This document shows positions 41,701 to 53,106 of a DNA stretch of 55,662 nucleotides, in pieces (within the stretch, counting starts at the first letter, position 1; every line of letters begins with the position of its first letter). Below the pieces are notes generated by a model. That model did not search any database. It worked only from the letters and a program-made list of their open reading frames with translations, and had not been told where the DNA came from. Location of the stretch: NCBI GenBank assembly GCA_000934665.2, contig KZ538136.1, positions 62,001-117,662 of the forward strand, in the 5' to 3' direction. A program made the translations under genes and the position numbers. The stretch comes from Catajapyx aquilonaris (lineage: Eukaryota).

Positions 41701-41759
41701 NNNNNNNNNNNNNNNNNNNNNNNNNNNNNNNNNNNNNNNNNNNNNNNNNNNNNNNNNNN
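41701..41759. other. Assembly gap after a poly-G run
   Basis: N run. Confidence 0.99.
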
Positions 41760-42154
41760 ATTTCCCTTGCCAGCAGGTGAACCCATTTTGCATGAAAGTT
41801 TTAGGGAAGGTTCACTAGGCTTTTGGCTTGTCACCCTAATGTACGTAACAGTACCAAGTAGTGTATAATAACTTAGTTATTACCGGGCGGTGGGGGTCCA
41901 TATCCCGATTTACATTAGGGATAATGCATATAATTATGACATATTCTCGTCAGAATTTCTTACGCGCTATGCTTAATTTTTCTATCAATAAATATTGAAC
42001 AATGTGGGGCCTTCATCATGTCCGACCTCCTCGGGCGGTAGGTAAAACGGCGCTGAAAACGTCAGAAATGTATACAGTATATGCAACCATATTGTGTTGT
42101 CGGAACGAGGGCCCTATGGAGATAAACATTAGTTATATGTAGTCCTATAAAGTA

Positions 42155-42875
42155 CTATGGGGCTCAAATAGTTTTGGCCACTTTATCCTGGTCTTGAAGC
42201 AACCCTTCGCACAGGCTTCACGTTTAGCAGGTGTTCTTGTCTTCAATAAAGTCTGGGGTCGGAAGGTGTGTTACTGTAACTCTGGGGACGTTGACCCAAT
42301 TGTGTGGACATTTTCGGTCCCCACAGCTTGACCCACGAGAATATCACCGTTACAGTGGGGACATGTCCCCACTATTTCGTTTTGCAGGGTTTCACAAAAG
42401 TCCATTTCTCTCAGCCTAGGTTAGTTAGGGTAGGGTAGGCAGGGGAGGGTAGGTTAGGTTAGGTTAGGTTAGTTTACACTCGCTACGAAAAGTTCAGTTT
42501 CCACGTCCCCACACCTTAGTGAAGACAGGTCTGTGTGTGGGTGTGTAGGCGGGTTGTTGCTATCCTTGTGAGGTATTTTTTACGCGTTTTCCTATCCTTG
42601 TGAGGAATTTTGTCATTACGAGGTAGTTTTCCTGCCTCATAGTGAACACACGCCTCACAAGGATAGGGAAAAATCGAAAAAATACCTCATAAAGACAGCA
42701 AAAATATATTTCACCAAATTTTCGTGTTTCCTTGTAGGTTAGGTTAGGTTAGTTTTAAATTTTAAATTTTGGAAAAACCTCACAAGGATAGCAATGCTCT
42801 CCTGAGTGTGAGTGTGTGTGTGAAGGGTTGCTTCAAGACCAGGATAAAGTGGCCAAAACCATTTGAGCCCCATAG
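42155..42875. mobile_element. TA-flanked MITE (Tc1/mariner-type) carrying two internal TIR modules with (TTAGG)n
   Basis: 54-bp TIR CTATGGGGCTCAAAT.GTTTTGGCCACTTTATCCTGGTCTTGAAGCAACCCTTC with 1 mismatch and TA on both sides. Inner modules lie at 42238-42527 and 42557-42794; the second has a perfect 18-bp inverted repeat TTGCTATCCTTGTGAGGT. Confidence 0.88.
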
Positions 42876-44059
42876 TACGTATATATTCTAGGCTGTGCCA
42901 GAAATGCATTACAACCATGATCAAGATACACTAGTCGAACAAGTAATACAGGACTTCAGTGAGCCTTTCCGAATCCGTGTAAGTGACATAACTTAGTACC
43001 ACAGAGAGTTCAGCAGTTGCACCAGTAACTTTGTCACATTAGACATAGCCTACTGATAATAATTATGCGGTTGGCTGAAAATTAGGGCCCACCAAATGAC
43101 ACATTTGCGTAAGTAGGTGGGAAGTATTTTCTCCGATCAATGAGGTCTTTAACTAAATTTGAGAGCATGATGTTAAGAAAAATATAGGTAAATCACGCAA
43201 GCAAGTGCAGGAGAGACTCATACGCTGTCAAGGAATAAAAGAGGGCATTAATTTTAGTTTTGTACAATTAGCGGAAAAGATGATTCATAAAGGTAAAAAT
43301 GTGCGCAGCAGCACTTGTAGGCTATTGTTCTTGTGTAAAGGCAAATGTCCTAATTTTAAAATTATCACATTCATTTAAAAGAAAATTCCCCAGCTAAGAT
43401 AGCCAAATCAGAACATACGTATATCATTACCTATGTACTATATTTTGAAAGTTTTTCCGGAGACATTTGTGCACTTCATTCAAAGGAAGAGAAGTTTTCA
43501 ATGCCCCACTCATGTGAGTCCGTTCCTTTATACTCAGCACATTTCATCTCTTCCCGACGAGAACTTCTTTGGAGCCATAGATTTTGTAAGAGCGCCGAAG
43601 AAATGGAAACACTGGGTTCAATGTTAGGTAGGGATATTTCAGACCTCTCACTCGAAAGTCGTGACCGTATGGCCACATGAGGCTGTGGGCGTTGTATTGA
43701 AGAAGGCAATAATGAGTCTTCCTCTTCGCGACATTCAGCTGCAGGGTCTTGAAAATAATACTCTTCCTCTATAGTTCCGACCTTGACTATATCTTTGGTC
43801 CCTTTCCTTAATGTCAAAGAGTAGCGTTATTTTAAGAATCCAGGAAAATTAGATACTTGGTAATTAGAATAACAATAGAGATTTATGATTCTATAAGTGT
43901 GTAAATTGTGAAAGGAATTGGCAGAGGAATAAATAAATTAAGTTTGAACCAGAAACCGCGCAGGAATTTTGTTGCATGCCTACATGTACTACTACTGTAC
44001 TATACATGTAGGTAGGCAACCAAGACAAGCCATAGCCACATGAGCTGCCCGTGACAGTT

Positions 44060-44303
44060 GAGGCGCTCAGAGGAAAAAAGGCATATCCCAACCGGAGTTC
44101 ATTTTGAGATAAACGGCTTTTTGTGCTGCAAGAGATTAGATTTTCCATTGCGGAATTTTACAAGTGGAATATGTGAGCTTTGGCATATGCAAATTCATTT
44201 GGGACTTTAGTACATGAGAGGTAGATGGCAGGAGAGTACAAAAGCACTACAATCTCAGAATCGGAGGTCCGTTGGGATGTGCTGTTTTTCCTCAGAGCGC
44301 CTC
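44060..44303. mobile_element. Sola-like MITE, copy 2
   Basis: GAGGCGCTC...GAGCGCCTC termini with 4-bp TSD AGTT. Homologous to 37619-37879. Confidence 0.88.
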
Positions 44304-44981
44304 AGTTAATGACATTGATAACAAAGGCCTTAGAAGAGCTTCTGCTGGAGACGAGATCACATAACAGAAAGCCAATCCCAAGTACAAGAACTCAAAAATG
44401 TAACTGACACAGTAAATTATTTTACTACACGCAACATCCACAATACGTAAGACATGTACGATAATTATGCTTCCTCAGTCCAACTAATAGGCCTATGACT
44501 CATATTGTATAAGACAAGACGTTCTTATACAATCACAAATAAACCACATAATCCGGAATAAGGCTGTCTGTAGACGAAGTGGAGCGTACCACGGAGCCTT
44601 GAGTCATCCAGGCACTGGAGCGTACATTCTCAATATTAAACATTCGCGTGAAAATAGTTAATTATAGCATCATGGGTCTAAAATGTAGTCTATATTGGAT
44701 GGCCATTTAAATTAAGGAAGACTTCAAAGAAGGTTTTAGAGACGAGATTTGTACCATTTATTTAGAGAGTGGAGAGCCAAACTAAGTAAAACAACTCCGG
44801 CCTGATTTATCTTGTAATATTAATTGTTGACAACAAATAACCTACAATAAATTCATAACAGCTGTTTTTCCATCAAATTCGGCCGGATTTGGCTGAGTTA
44901 AATGTTTTCTCCCTTAGGGGCTTTCCGACTGTGCACGGAGGATTACTAAAAGTTGTGAATAGGATATTAATATATGCTCAC

Positions 44982-45250
44982 ACACCGAAGCAGGTTGGCA
45001 TGGTGGATAAGGCGTCCGACTGCTAATCGGGAGGTCCTGGGTTCGAATCCCGTGGCCGGCGATCCTGACCATGGTTTTCTGTGGTTTTCCACGGTCCCCC
45101 CAGGATAATTCCGGGGTCGTTTCCGTATAACAGGCCACAGCCGCTTCCTTCCTTGCCTATCCTTGGCCCCATCCAATGGTGGTATTCCCCCCCCCCCACC
45201 CCCTAATGGAGCGCCGATTCTCCAAATGGGGTTAAATAAATAAATAAATA
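44982..45250 (+). mobile_element. tRNA-derived SINE, family A copy 2
   Basis: Homologous to 33839-34111, with a (TAAA)n tail and 13-bp TSD AATATATGCTCAC (44969-44981 and 45251-45263). Confidence 0.93.
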
Positions 45251-45494
45251 AATATATGCTCACGCGATGGGGTGATATTTTTATTCACATGTTTCTGTAG
45301 TTTGAGTTTTATGCCCTTTTGCGATTTTGAGTGGCTTTCAAGTTGTGAGTTTTGCGTTTTTAAAATGATAGGCAGACGTTATAGAGGAGTAGCCAATCTG
45401 ATCAGAGAATGAGTAATATTATTGTCTGTCTGTTGGAAATTTACAGAAGAATTATGAGAAACCAGTTTAGGCATGTGACCTCTAATATTAAAAA

Positions 45495-45800
45495 TAAGGG
45501 GTATAGATGATTTTTTTGTTTTCTTTCGAAGAATATCGGATATTAGCTGTCGTTATAGAGAGGTAGACCCAAATTGTTAATTGCAGACATAATTTTGTCA
45601 GTAATGCATACGTAGCTAGTTGTGATATTACTAAGGATTGTTTTGTGGAAATTTAGAAACCAGTATCTTATATTGGTTTTCCTTTTTGTAGCCAATGAGT
45701 TATGATGATTTTCAAAAGCCAAAGAGTTAGTGTATGCTGCATGTGTTGATTTTGGGAGGCAGTGAATGTGGGGGATGATGATTTTTGAGGATATCATATG
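45495..45800 (-). pseudogene. Probable Penelope-like reverse transcriptase fossil
   Basis: IPHIHCLPKSTH...FLNFHKTILSNITTSYVCITDKIMSAINNLGLP...HLYP resembles the PLE RT N-terminal pattern P.FY.LPKIHK...SYVKDT..F...I..L.LP...D..SLYT. Highly decayed. Confidence 0.55.
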
Positions 45801-47597
45801 TATTACCTTTTGATGCACACACCAAGCCCATGGAGCTAATTTGGGCAGAACACAGAGTCATTTTGTTGTTTCTTTTTACGGTAAATCTTTCTTTACTCGT
45901 GGAGACTAAACATTTTAAGGTCGGACGGCGCATGCATTAATAGTCAGTACAAACTTTCCTACTCAAAATCAATAACTAAGAAATCAGTTTCATTAATACT
46001 GTAATGTGAACTCCATAATTGAGCAAATACTGATGAGAAGAACCACTACAGTCAGAAAGCCAGGTGTCGGGAACTGGCTTTCATTCCAGTTCATTCTACG
46101 CCTCCGTGTCTAGCTCGGTTGCGAGCGTAGCGTATAGATTCAGAGATAAGCCATCACGTTGCCTTAAACTCCTCCCCTTCCCCCCATCTATTGTGTAGGC
46201 GTATACAGGTGTGTAAACAGGTAAGCTCTAGTTTGGGGCTACTTGCCAGCGAAGAGTCGGCGTGAACAAATCAGGCAGCCTCCTGGGAATAAGTTACAGG
46301 TTATACACCTTTCAATATAATTTGCGAAGGAGTGAAGTAGATATTGGTAATTGAACCAGCACCTAACGAGATATAGTTTTGAAAAATATCATGTCCGCGA
46401 TTTTAAGCCGGTCCATTATGATGAAGATCAAAATGAAATAAACTATTTTAAACCAAGATACCTACCACTTAAAATAATCATGTGACGCAACGGCAAGGGA
46501 GGGGGTGGAGTCTGAGTGACACAATTAATAAATCATGTTTGAATTCCCCCTCTCCCATCCATCTCCCTAACCATTGAGTGACAGTCAGCAACCATTTTTG
46601 AATTGTAAAGTGTATTAAGTATACATATACGCACTTCATGTTCTCCAGTAGTCCTAATCATTTGCATCATCCTTTCTCAAAATTGTTCTTAAATATTTTA
46701 AATCTCAATTATTCATAATACTAGCTAATCAGAGAATATCAAATCTGCGCAATTTTGCTGCAATTTGGCGATAATAACCTGTCTTGAATGCACGAGAGCC
46801 ATCCAACTAGCTTGCTATCCCATCTATTAGATCATTAGTATAATTCTCTATAATGCAATTGTGCGACCTCATCCTATTTGAGTAATGCCTGTCATTCAGT
46901 TCGACAAAATATTTATATTGTCAGTAAAAAGAACATCCCCTGAGGCCTTGCGTGTTGATACCGATAACGATGTGGAGAGTGATTAGAACTTGCTGTCACG
47001 GTAGACATAAAATAATCCTTTCAACAATTATCTTTCAAAGCACATTCTAATATAGAATTCTTATAACAGGTCGCGAAATTCCACCAATTCTTTGCAAACA
47101 GGAAGGTGAGATAAAGCAAACATAAACGCAAACTATCATTACTTTCCCTCTATAAGGGGTAGTCAGCCATGTAGGAGACATATCAAATCATAAATATATG
47201 CTCCTAAGTCCTAAGTCCGGTTGCACCTATTCCAGAAAGGTTTTTCAACCCAAAAAGAGTTAGAAAAGTTTGTTACATATTACTGTCGTACCTCAGCAAT
47301 GGACTTATTGTATCTATTTATTTTATGTTGCACATTTTTGTATTCCACCCTCCACATCCCTCCCAAGTCCCAATCCTTCCGACCCCCTGTCCTGCGACTC
47401 TACCCCAGGGGGCAAACCTGAAATACACCACCTTCCTCACCACCTCCCTCTACGTCACTCCCACACCCTTCCCAACATTCCACCCTCTCTTCGTCATCTT
47501 TCCAGATCCTTCCAAAAGACCGTTAACCCACGTGACCAACCCACCCATCCAAACCCCAGCCACCCCTAGAAATGTAGCCAATCACATGCACCCAGAA

Positions 47598-48191
47598 CAG
47601 TGGCGTCATTGGGGGGGGGCAATGAGTTTGAGATGTAAAAAAAAAATTGTTTGCACTAACGTCATATTAACAGCACGTGCACATAAATTACCCACATGTA
47701 ATATAAGGAGTAAACTAAAAGTGGAAAAGGGAAAATCATGAACAATAGTTCATTTCTGAGTGATAAGGAGGGGATACGTTCTACACAATTTGTGTAGTTC
47801 TAAAATCCAAATGTGCAGTTCTGAATAATGATTTGTGCAGTCAGAAAATGGCAGACACGTCTGTTATATCCAGATTCAAATGCACTTGTACATTGGCACT
47901 GCTGGAAATATGAAGGGACCGACCTTTCTGGCCACATTTCTACTTGCTTATATCCGATGTGCTTACAGTATAGGAGGATTCTACTGTACTTTGTCAGTCA
48001 TTCCATTCAACTAAGCTTGTGTGACCTGGAACAAAAAAAAAATCGCCTGCGGCGGGCTTCTTTGGTCTGGGGGAAAGGGGGGGGGGGAAATATGANTGAG
48101 AAGCGCTGATATAACCTAAGCCTCAGCCCTCTGGTCATCCCTTTAAAAATCTTGCCCCCCCCCCCAAGCAAAAACTGAAATGACGCCACTT
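47598..48191. mobile_element. hAT MITE
   Basis: TIR CAGTGGCGTCATT / AATGACGCCACTT with 8-bp TSD ACCCAGAA (47590-47597 and 48192-48199). Confidence 0.9.
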
Positions 48192-48245
48192 ACCCAGAAT
48201 TATTATTGAGTATAAATACAAGGCTGCTTGTCCTGTTCTGGGAGT

Positions 48246-48628
48246 TATCATATTACTTTCATACAGTATATTACTTTCATCATATTACATCATATTACTT
48301 GAGGTCCCGGCTGGTTCGCCAGCGACGGTACTCTCTTCCTCGAGCGGTCCTCGAACCTGACTCGCATTTCTTGGTTGGACGGGGTGCTTGGGAGAATATC
48401 CCACCCCCGTCCCTGGGTTGGACCCGGCATTGCAGTACAGCCGGGGCCAGCCCTTCTCTCCCCCACCCTTCTAACCCACCCACTACCTTGCAATCCCACA
48501 CCTTCCTCTCCTACCCCCGGCTGCCAAGGCTCGACTCAGACAGAGCCAAACAAGCTGGGTAACCCTTCCTACCAACCAACAACCAACAACCAACCAACCA
48601 ACCCACCAACCAACCAACCAACAACCAA
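48246..48628 (+). mobile_element. Retroposed structured element with a (CCAA)n tail (5'-truncated LINE 3'UTR or non-tRNA SINE)
   Basis: 13-bp TSD CTGTTCTGGGAGT (48233-48245 and 48629-48641), a (CCAA/CAA)n tail and several GC-rich hairpins. Confidence 0.88.
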
Positions 48629-48742
48629 CTGTTCTGGGAGTCCGATCCAAGCTCTTGACTTATTCAGTTCTTCGGGTCGGCTCTCACCAGTGGTCAGGGT
48701 GAAACCAAACTACTGCGTTGTTACTTACTTCCCACTCTCCTT

Positions 48743-48960
48743 AGAGGACTAATCGGCTGGCCCCAGGCTTAGCCTCCTCAACCTTCCCCACTACCTTCGA
48801 GGGCTAATCGGCTGGCCTCTGGCTAGCCTCCTCACCACCCCGATATATAAATCTCTACACCACCCCAACCCGGGGATTAATAGGCTGGCATGAGCTAGCC
48901 TCCCCCTCCACTATTCCATCCCGAAGGGCTAATCGGCTGGCATGAGCTAGCCTCCCACCA
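48743..48960. repeat. Four irregularly spaced copies of a ~30-bp hairpin motif
   Basis: Consensus GGGCTAATCGGCTGGC(N4)GCTAGCCTCC at ~48745, 48801, 48873 and 48926. Confidence 0.9.
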
Positions 48961-49722
48961 ACCCATGGGGATTGACCTCGGACAGCGCAAGATCGCCTCC
49001 CCACCCGGCAGCAACAACGTGTTCCCACTAGGGCGGGAATTGAACCCGAACTCGGGAACTCGAGTAACGTCACCAGTCAGTATAACACCCCATCTGGAGT
49101 TACATTACTGTCAACAATTATAGCCTACTCTCAACAATAAATAGCAGAATTTTCTGGCTCTTTTTGCGCTGACAAATTTTTCTGCAACCGGTGCAACCGA
49201 ATCTTAATCATTTGACACACATAAATACATTTCATTCAATGACGAATGTTGCATTTGTCTTCTGTTGATAAAGCAATATCCGGCTATTAAAATTTTGTTA
49301 CATATACTTTAAAGGAAAATTGATAAGAGGGGCCACCCAGAAATGAGCCCTTCAGTCCAACATACATATTATACTATGTAGCTATGGATCATTACAAAAA
49401 TCAATATTATTTTCGGTGTTGACGCTGTGATGCAAGAAGACATCCATCTAAATAAATATGACAGAACAACGGGATTCGCTACATCTCGAGTGCCAACAAT
49501 GTACTGTATACCAAATTAATGTAGGCTACCCTCCTAAACCGAACTGATTCCGAAATCGGCACTAACAGGTGTGTTGCATAGATAAAGTTATACCCTTTAG
49601 CTGTTGAGTGCAATTTTACACTAGTGCCTATAAAATGAGGTAATTAAGGTTATAACTAATCCTAATGTACACTATAAGGCCTACTGCATATAGGGTGTTC
49701 CAGTTGAAATGCCCTTAGTGGT

Positions 49723-49968
49723 CATGTTAGGGCAGCACTGTGGTGTAGTAGCCAGCGCCACAGCCTTCCATCTCTGAGATATACCGAGTCCAATCCCCGT
49801 GGTGGAAGGAGTTCCTTCTCATATGGAAAGAGATTCGAGAGGTTCTCTCCGTGTTCGCTTGGGTTTCTCGGGGTTCTTCCCGTTTCCTTCCACAGTCCAA
49901 AAATATTTTTCGTTCTCTCCTATTCCAGCTAGCTTTAGTTGATTTGTCTCTCCCAATCAACCAACCAA
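49723..49968 (+). mobile_element. tRNA-derived SINE with a V-domain-like core and (CCAA)n tail
   Basis: Decayed A and B boxes. GTTCTCTCCGTGTTCGCTTGGGTTTCTCGGGGTTCTTCCCGTTTCCTTCCACAGTCCAAAAA matches the V-SINE core pattern as recalled. 11-bp TSD CCCTTAGTGGT (49712-49722 and 49969-49979). Confidence 0.8.
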
Positions 49969-50000
49969 CCCTTAGTGGTTAGCCATTTTTGGCGCTATAA

Positions 50001-50726
50001 CAAGGGAAGTGTAAGTGTTGTCCGTGGAGTTTCTGAATGACACTTGGCACAATAATATATCCAGGTAAGTTATTAAAGAAAATGCAAACAATTTAGACGA
50101 ATGCCCACAAGGTCAAAAGTTATGACCTCTTGAACTCACAAGTGACACTTTTCAAGGTCTCACCGATTTTCTTGAAAATCGGTACATTGGTAGCCCACCC
50201 CAAGGGATTAAAACGCACCAAAAGTGACCAGCTCAAAATGACCCGGTTGACCCCTTTGGGGGGGAGCAGAGGTCAACTCTTAAATGTCGAAAACTCCCAG
50301 ATTTTCTTGAAATTCGGTACATTGGTAGGCCACCCCAAGGGAGGAAAAACGTACCTAAAGTGACCTGCTCAAACTGACCCGGTGACCCCTTTTTGGGGGC
50401 TACCAATGCACCGAATTTCAAGAAAATGGGTGAGTTTTCGTCATATAAGAGTTGACCTCTGCCCCCCAAAAAGGGGTCACCGGGTCATTTTGAGTAGGTC
50501 ACTTCAGGTGGGTTTTTCATCCCTTGTGGTGGCCTACCAATGTACCGATTTTCAAGAAAATCGGTGAGACTTTGGAAAGTGTCCCTTGTGAGTTCGAGAG
50601 GTCATAACTTTTGACCTTGTGGGCATTCGCCTAAATTGTTTGCATTTTCTTTAATAACTTACCTGCCTATATTATTGTGCCAAGTTTCATTCAGAAACTC
50701 CATGGACAACACTTACACTTCCCTTG
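50001..50726. mobile_element. Long-TIR (~320 bp arms) non-autonomous DNA transposon with internal ~140-bp subrepeats
   Basis: CAAGGGAAGTGTAAGTGTTGTCC / GGACAACACTTACACTTCCCTTG flanked by TAA on both sides. The GATTTTCTTGAAA.TCGGTACATTGGTAG subrepeat occurs in both arms. Superfamily unresolved. Confidence 0.92.
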
Positions 50727-52888
50727 TAAGTTTCTTATTTTAAGCAGTTACATTGGAAGAGTTACTTTTATGCTGGGTTATGAGAATATGCTATTAAGAG
50801 ATTGAAAGCTTTTTCGGCCATTCTGAGAGGCGTATTCAGCGAAAAATGCAACAAACTGGTAACAATTGGTCAAAAATAACAGTTCATCATAAATACACAA
50901 GTTCAAGGAAGGGGGAAAGTCATGTGTTGTATCTTCAACATCAGTGTTCACCCAACACTCACGATAGGATTGGCGCAGGCGCAGGAACCCTTGTAGCGGC
51001 ACATCGGCAAAAAGGGATAAATGGATATGAAAAGCCCACTTTTGGACATTGAGGGTCATCACTCCTCTGGTCAGAGAGCAAGAGTACATGTGGTTCTGCA
51101 GGCTTAAAATGATGAAATTGCCAATTATGAAGCCAGTCAGAGGGGAGGAGATGTATTGGCGCAATTGCTTTTTAGGTGGCTTATTCGCCAGGTATAGACT
51201 AATTATTGTATATACCTTGCTCTTGTTTGCTTTATGAGGGGAAACTCCCTTTGCGCGCATATAAACAGACAGCAGAGTGAGATGCAAATGCGCCACACAT
51301 ATCAGGTCATTTACGCTCGCTTTCCGGGCCAGAAAACACTTCTCCGAGGGCATGAACGAAACCTCATCTAGGATGCTTTCCATTGAATCGAATATAATCA
51401 GCGGATATATTTGATAGCCTATAAAAGTAACTGTTCCAAAACAACTGCTTAAAAATAATCAGCTTAGTCTCAAAAAATCGCAAACTACTGTGTCAATTGG
51501 AAACCCCGTTTACATTACTGTTTCATTATTTTGGTAGTCTATATGTAGTAAGCTAAAAGTCGAGCAAATAATTTAGTACGAGTAATAGTGCGAAACTAGG
51601 CAAACAACAAAATTGCTTAATTATCTATGACGTGATTTTATGTGGTTCACCAAGTAGAAACACAACGCTGTGACACATTTAATTTATAGTGTATACTGTA
51701 TACGGTATATAAACTACACAATCATGTACCCTGTACTATATTGTTATATAAGGCAAATTTATCTTACAGTACAGGTGCAATGTTAACATTTCTACTTCCT
51801 AAGTTTGCAATATATTCTGCAGACATGATAAAATAATGATAATCACATAATATTAATTATCAAGTAATAGTAGGCTAATCCATCGCCATTTAGCTTCTAA
51901 AAACAAAGGATCAGTGTGTCAGAAGGCACGGTTATACCATCTCTGAGATCCCTCATTCGATCCCTGATCAGACACTTGAGATGCGTTATTGTCTTGGAAA
52001 AAAGTTATCCGAGATCCGTCCGTGTTCGAATAAATGATATTTTCTAGATTTTCTTAGTGCTTAATTAAACCCCCACATAAAAATATGTGAAAGTAATAAT
52101 TTGTCACATAATGGATAATACAAATTTCGAACTCTCACATCACAAAATCAGTCAAATGTGACTTGATTCAATCTGCATTTGAGGCTTCATATTGTTTCAG
52201 GTGCCTAGTCTGGACACCGGAGATAACTAACCCATTGAGTAGCTACTACGAAAAAATATGTACAGTATAATGGTAACAGTAAACAAGAAATTATCCACGA
52301 GTAAGTTACCCCCGGTTTCCACACTATAGCCCCGGCATTAGTAAGATTATCTAATTCAAAAAATTATATATGCAACTTTCAAAAGAAGTTAGCTTCAAAA
52401 ACCATTGACACTAAAGGTGATATGAAACTAATATATTGAAGCTACTAACACATCTTTTGCCCATGTAAACAATACCAGATATCAAGCCTGAATTACACAA
52501 CTCCAGCAGCAAGAGCAAAATAATATGAACAAACTTACTTGTAAGTTTAACTTTTTATCTGATTGGTAAACTACTATATGAACACCCGGCATACAGTACG
52601 TATGCATGGTTGTTCACTGCCTAAGTCCCTTGGACCCCCTCTCTGTTACTCTCAAAGAAACTGTGGCTGGAAAGAAATTTTTATTGCATCATATCAGGTG
52701 ATACAGGTCAGTTTTATGCTTAGATTATGGTTTTTTGGGTGGTTGGTTGGTATGCCTATGGGAACATGCATTCTGCTCGGAGGAATATCGTCACCTGACA
52801 ATCATGACCAATCAGGGACAGTAATCATGATCCCTTCAAGCCAGGAATGATTGGTAGATCTCTGGACAATATTATAAAATTACCATGG

Positions 52889-53095
52889 ATTTACGTAACT
52901 AAGCAATGCAAGTTGTAAACAGTCTTGGGCCGCTGTTCGAGCTAGAAGGGAGCGTTTCTACAAGCTCCATAAGGTCCTCGTTTTTACCACTCAAGGGATC
53001 CAAAATCAACCCTTACAAAGGTAGGCCACGATCACTCAGACGGTCAATCACCTCGGGGGAAGTCAATGCCCGCGTCTCAAGTCACCTTTTACGTT
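52889..53095 (+). repeat. Dispersed repeat R1, copy 2
   Basis: Colinear with 41036-41244. Confidence 0.95.
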
Positions 53096-53106
53096 TATAC
53101 GTATTA

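Larger units (their letters stand above)
47284..49104 (+). mobile_element. Probable solo LTR (~820 bp once two nested insertions are removed)
   Basis: TGT...ACA termini are flanked by TTAC/TTAC. CCAAT (47578) and TATAAATA (48211) become ~30 bp apart when the hAT MITE is excised. An alternative reading with a 9-bp direct repeat ATTACTGTC is possible. Confidence 0.5.
49691..51509. mobile_element. Old Tc1/mariner-type element with ~110-bp imperfect TIRs; the left TIR is split by two younger insertions
   Basis: After removing the insertions, GGGTGTTCCAGTTGA..TTATTTTAAGCAGTT..TTGGAAGAGTTACTTTTAT aligns with the reverse complement of 51408-51509. The interior shows faint + strand Tc1/Tc3-like motifs (EK..LD.EG, QRGG.V, NAP, IE). 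Confidence 0.65.

Noticed and set aside
42003..42070. HDV-like ribozyme (ACCTCCTCG loop motif)
   Set aside because: P1, P2 and P3 pairings could not be built.
42450..42472. True telomere
   Set aside because: Only about four TTAGG units, internal to a MITE.
48743..48960. CRISPR array
   Set aside because: Eukaryotic context, degenerate repeats, uneven low-complexity spacers and no cas genes.
50778..51383. 201-aa minus-strand ORF
   Set aside because: It lies inside an old TIR element, antisense to faint transposase-like motifs, and shows no protein-like signature.
51923..52030. Decayed relative of the V-like SINE
   Set aside because: Only short matches (CCATCTCTGAGAT, TCCGTGTTCG), with no tail or TSD to define it.
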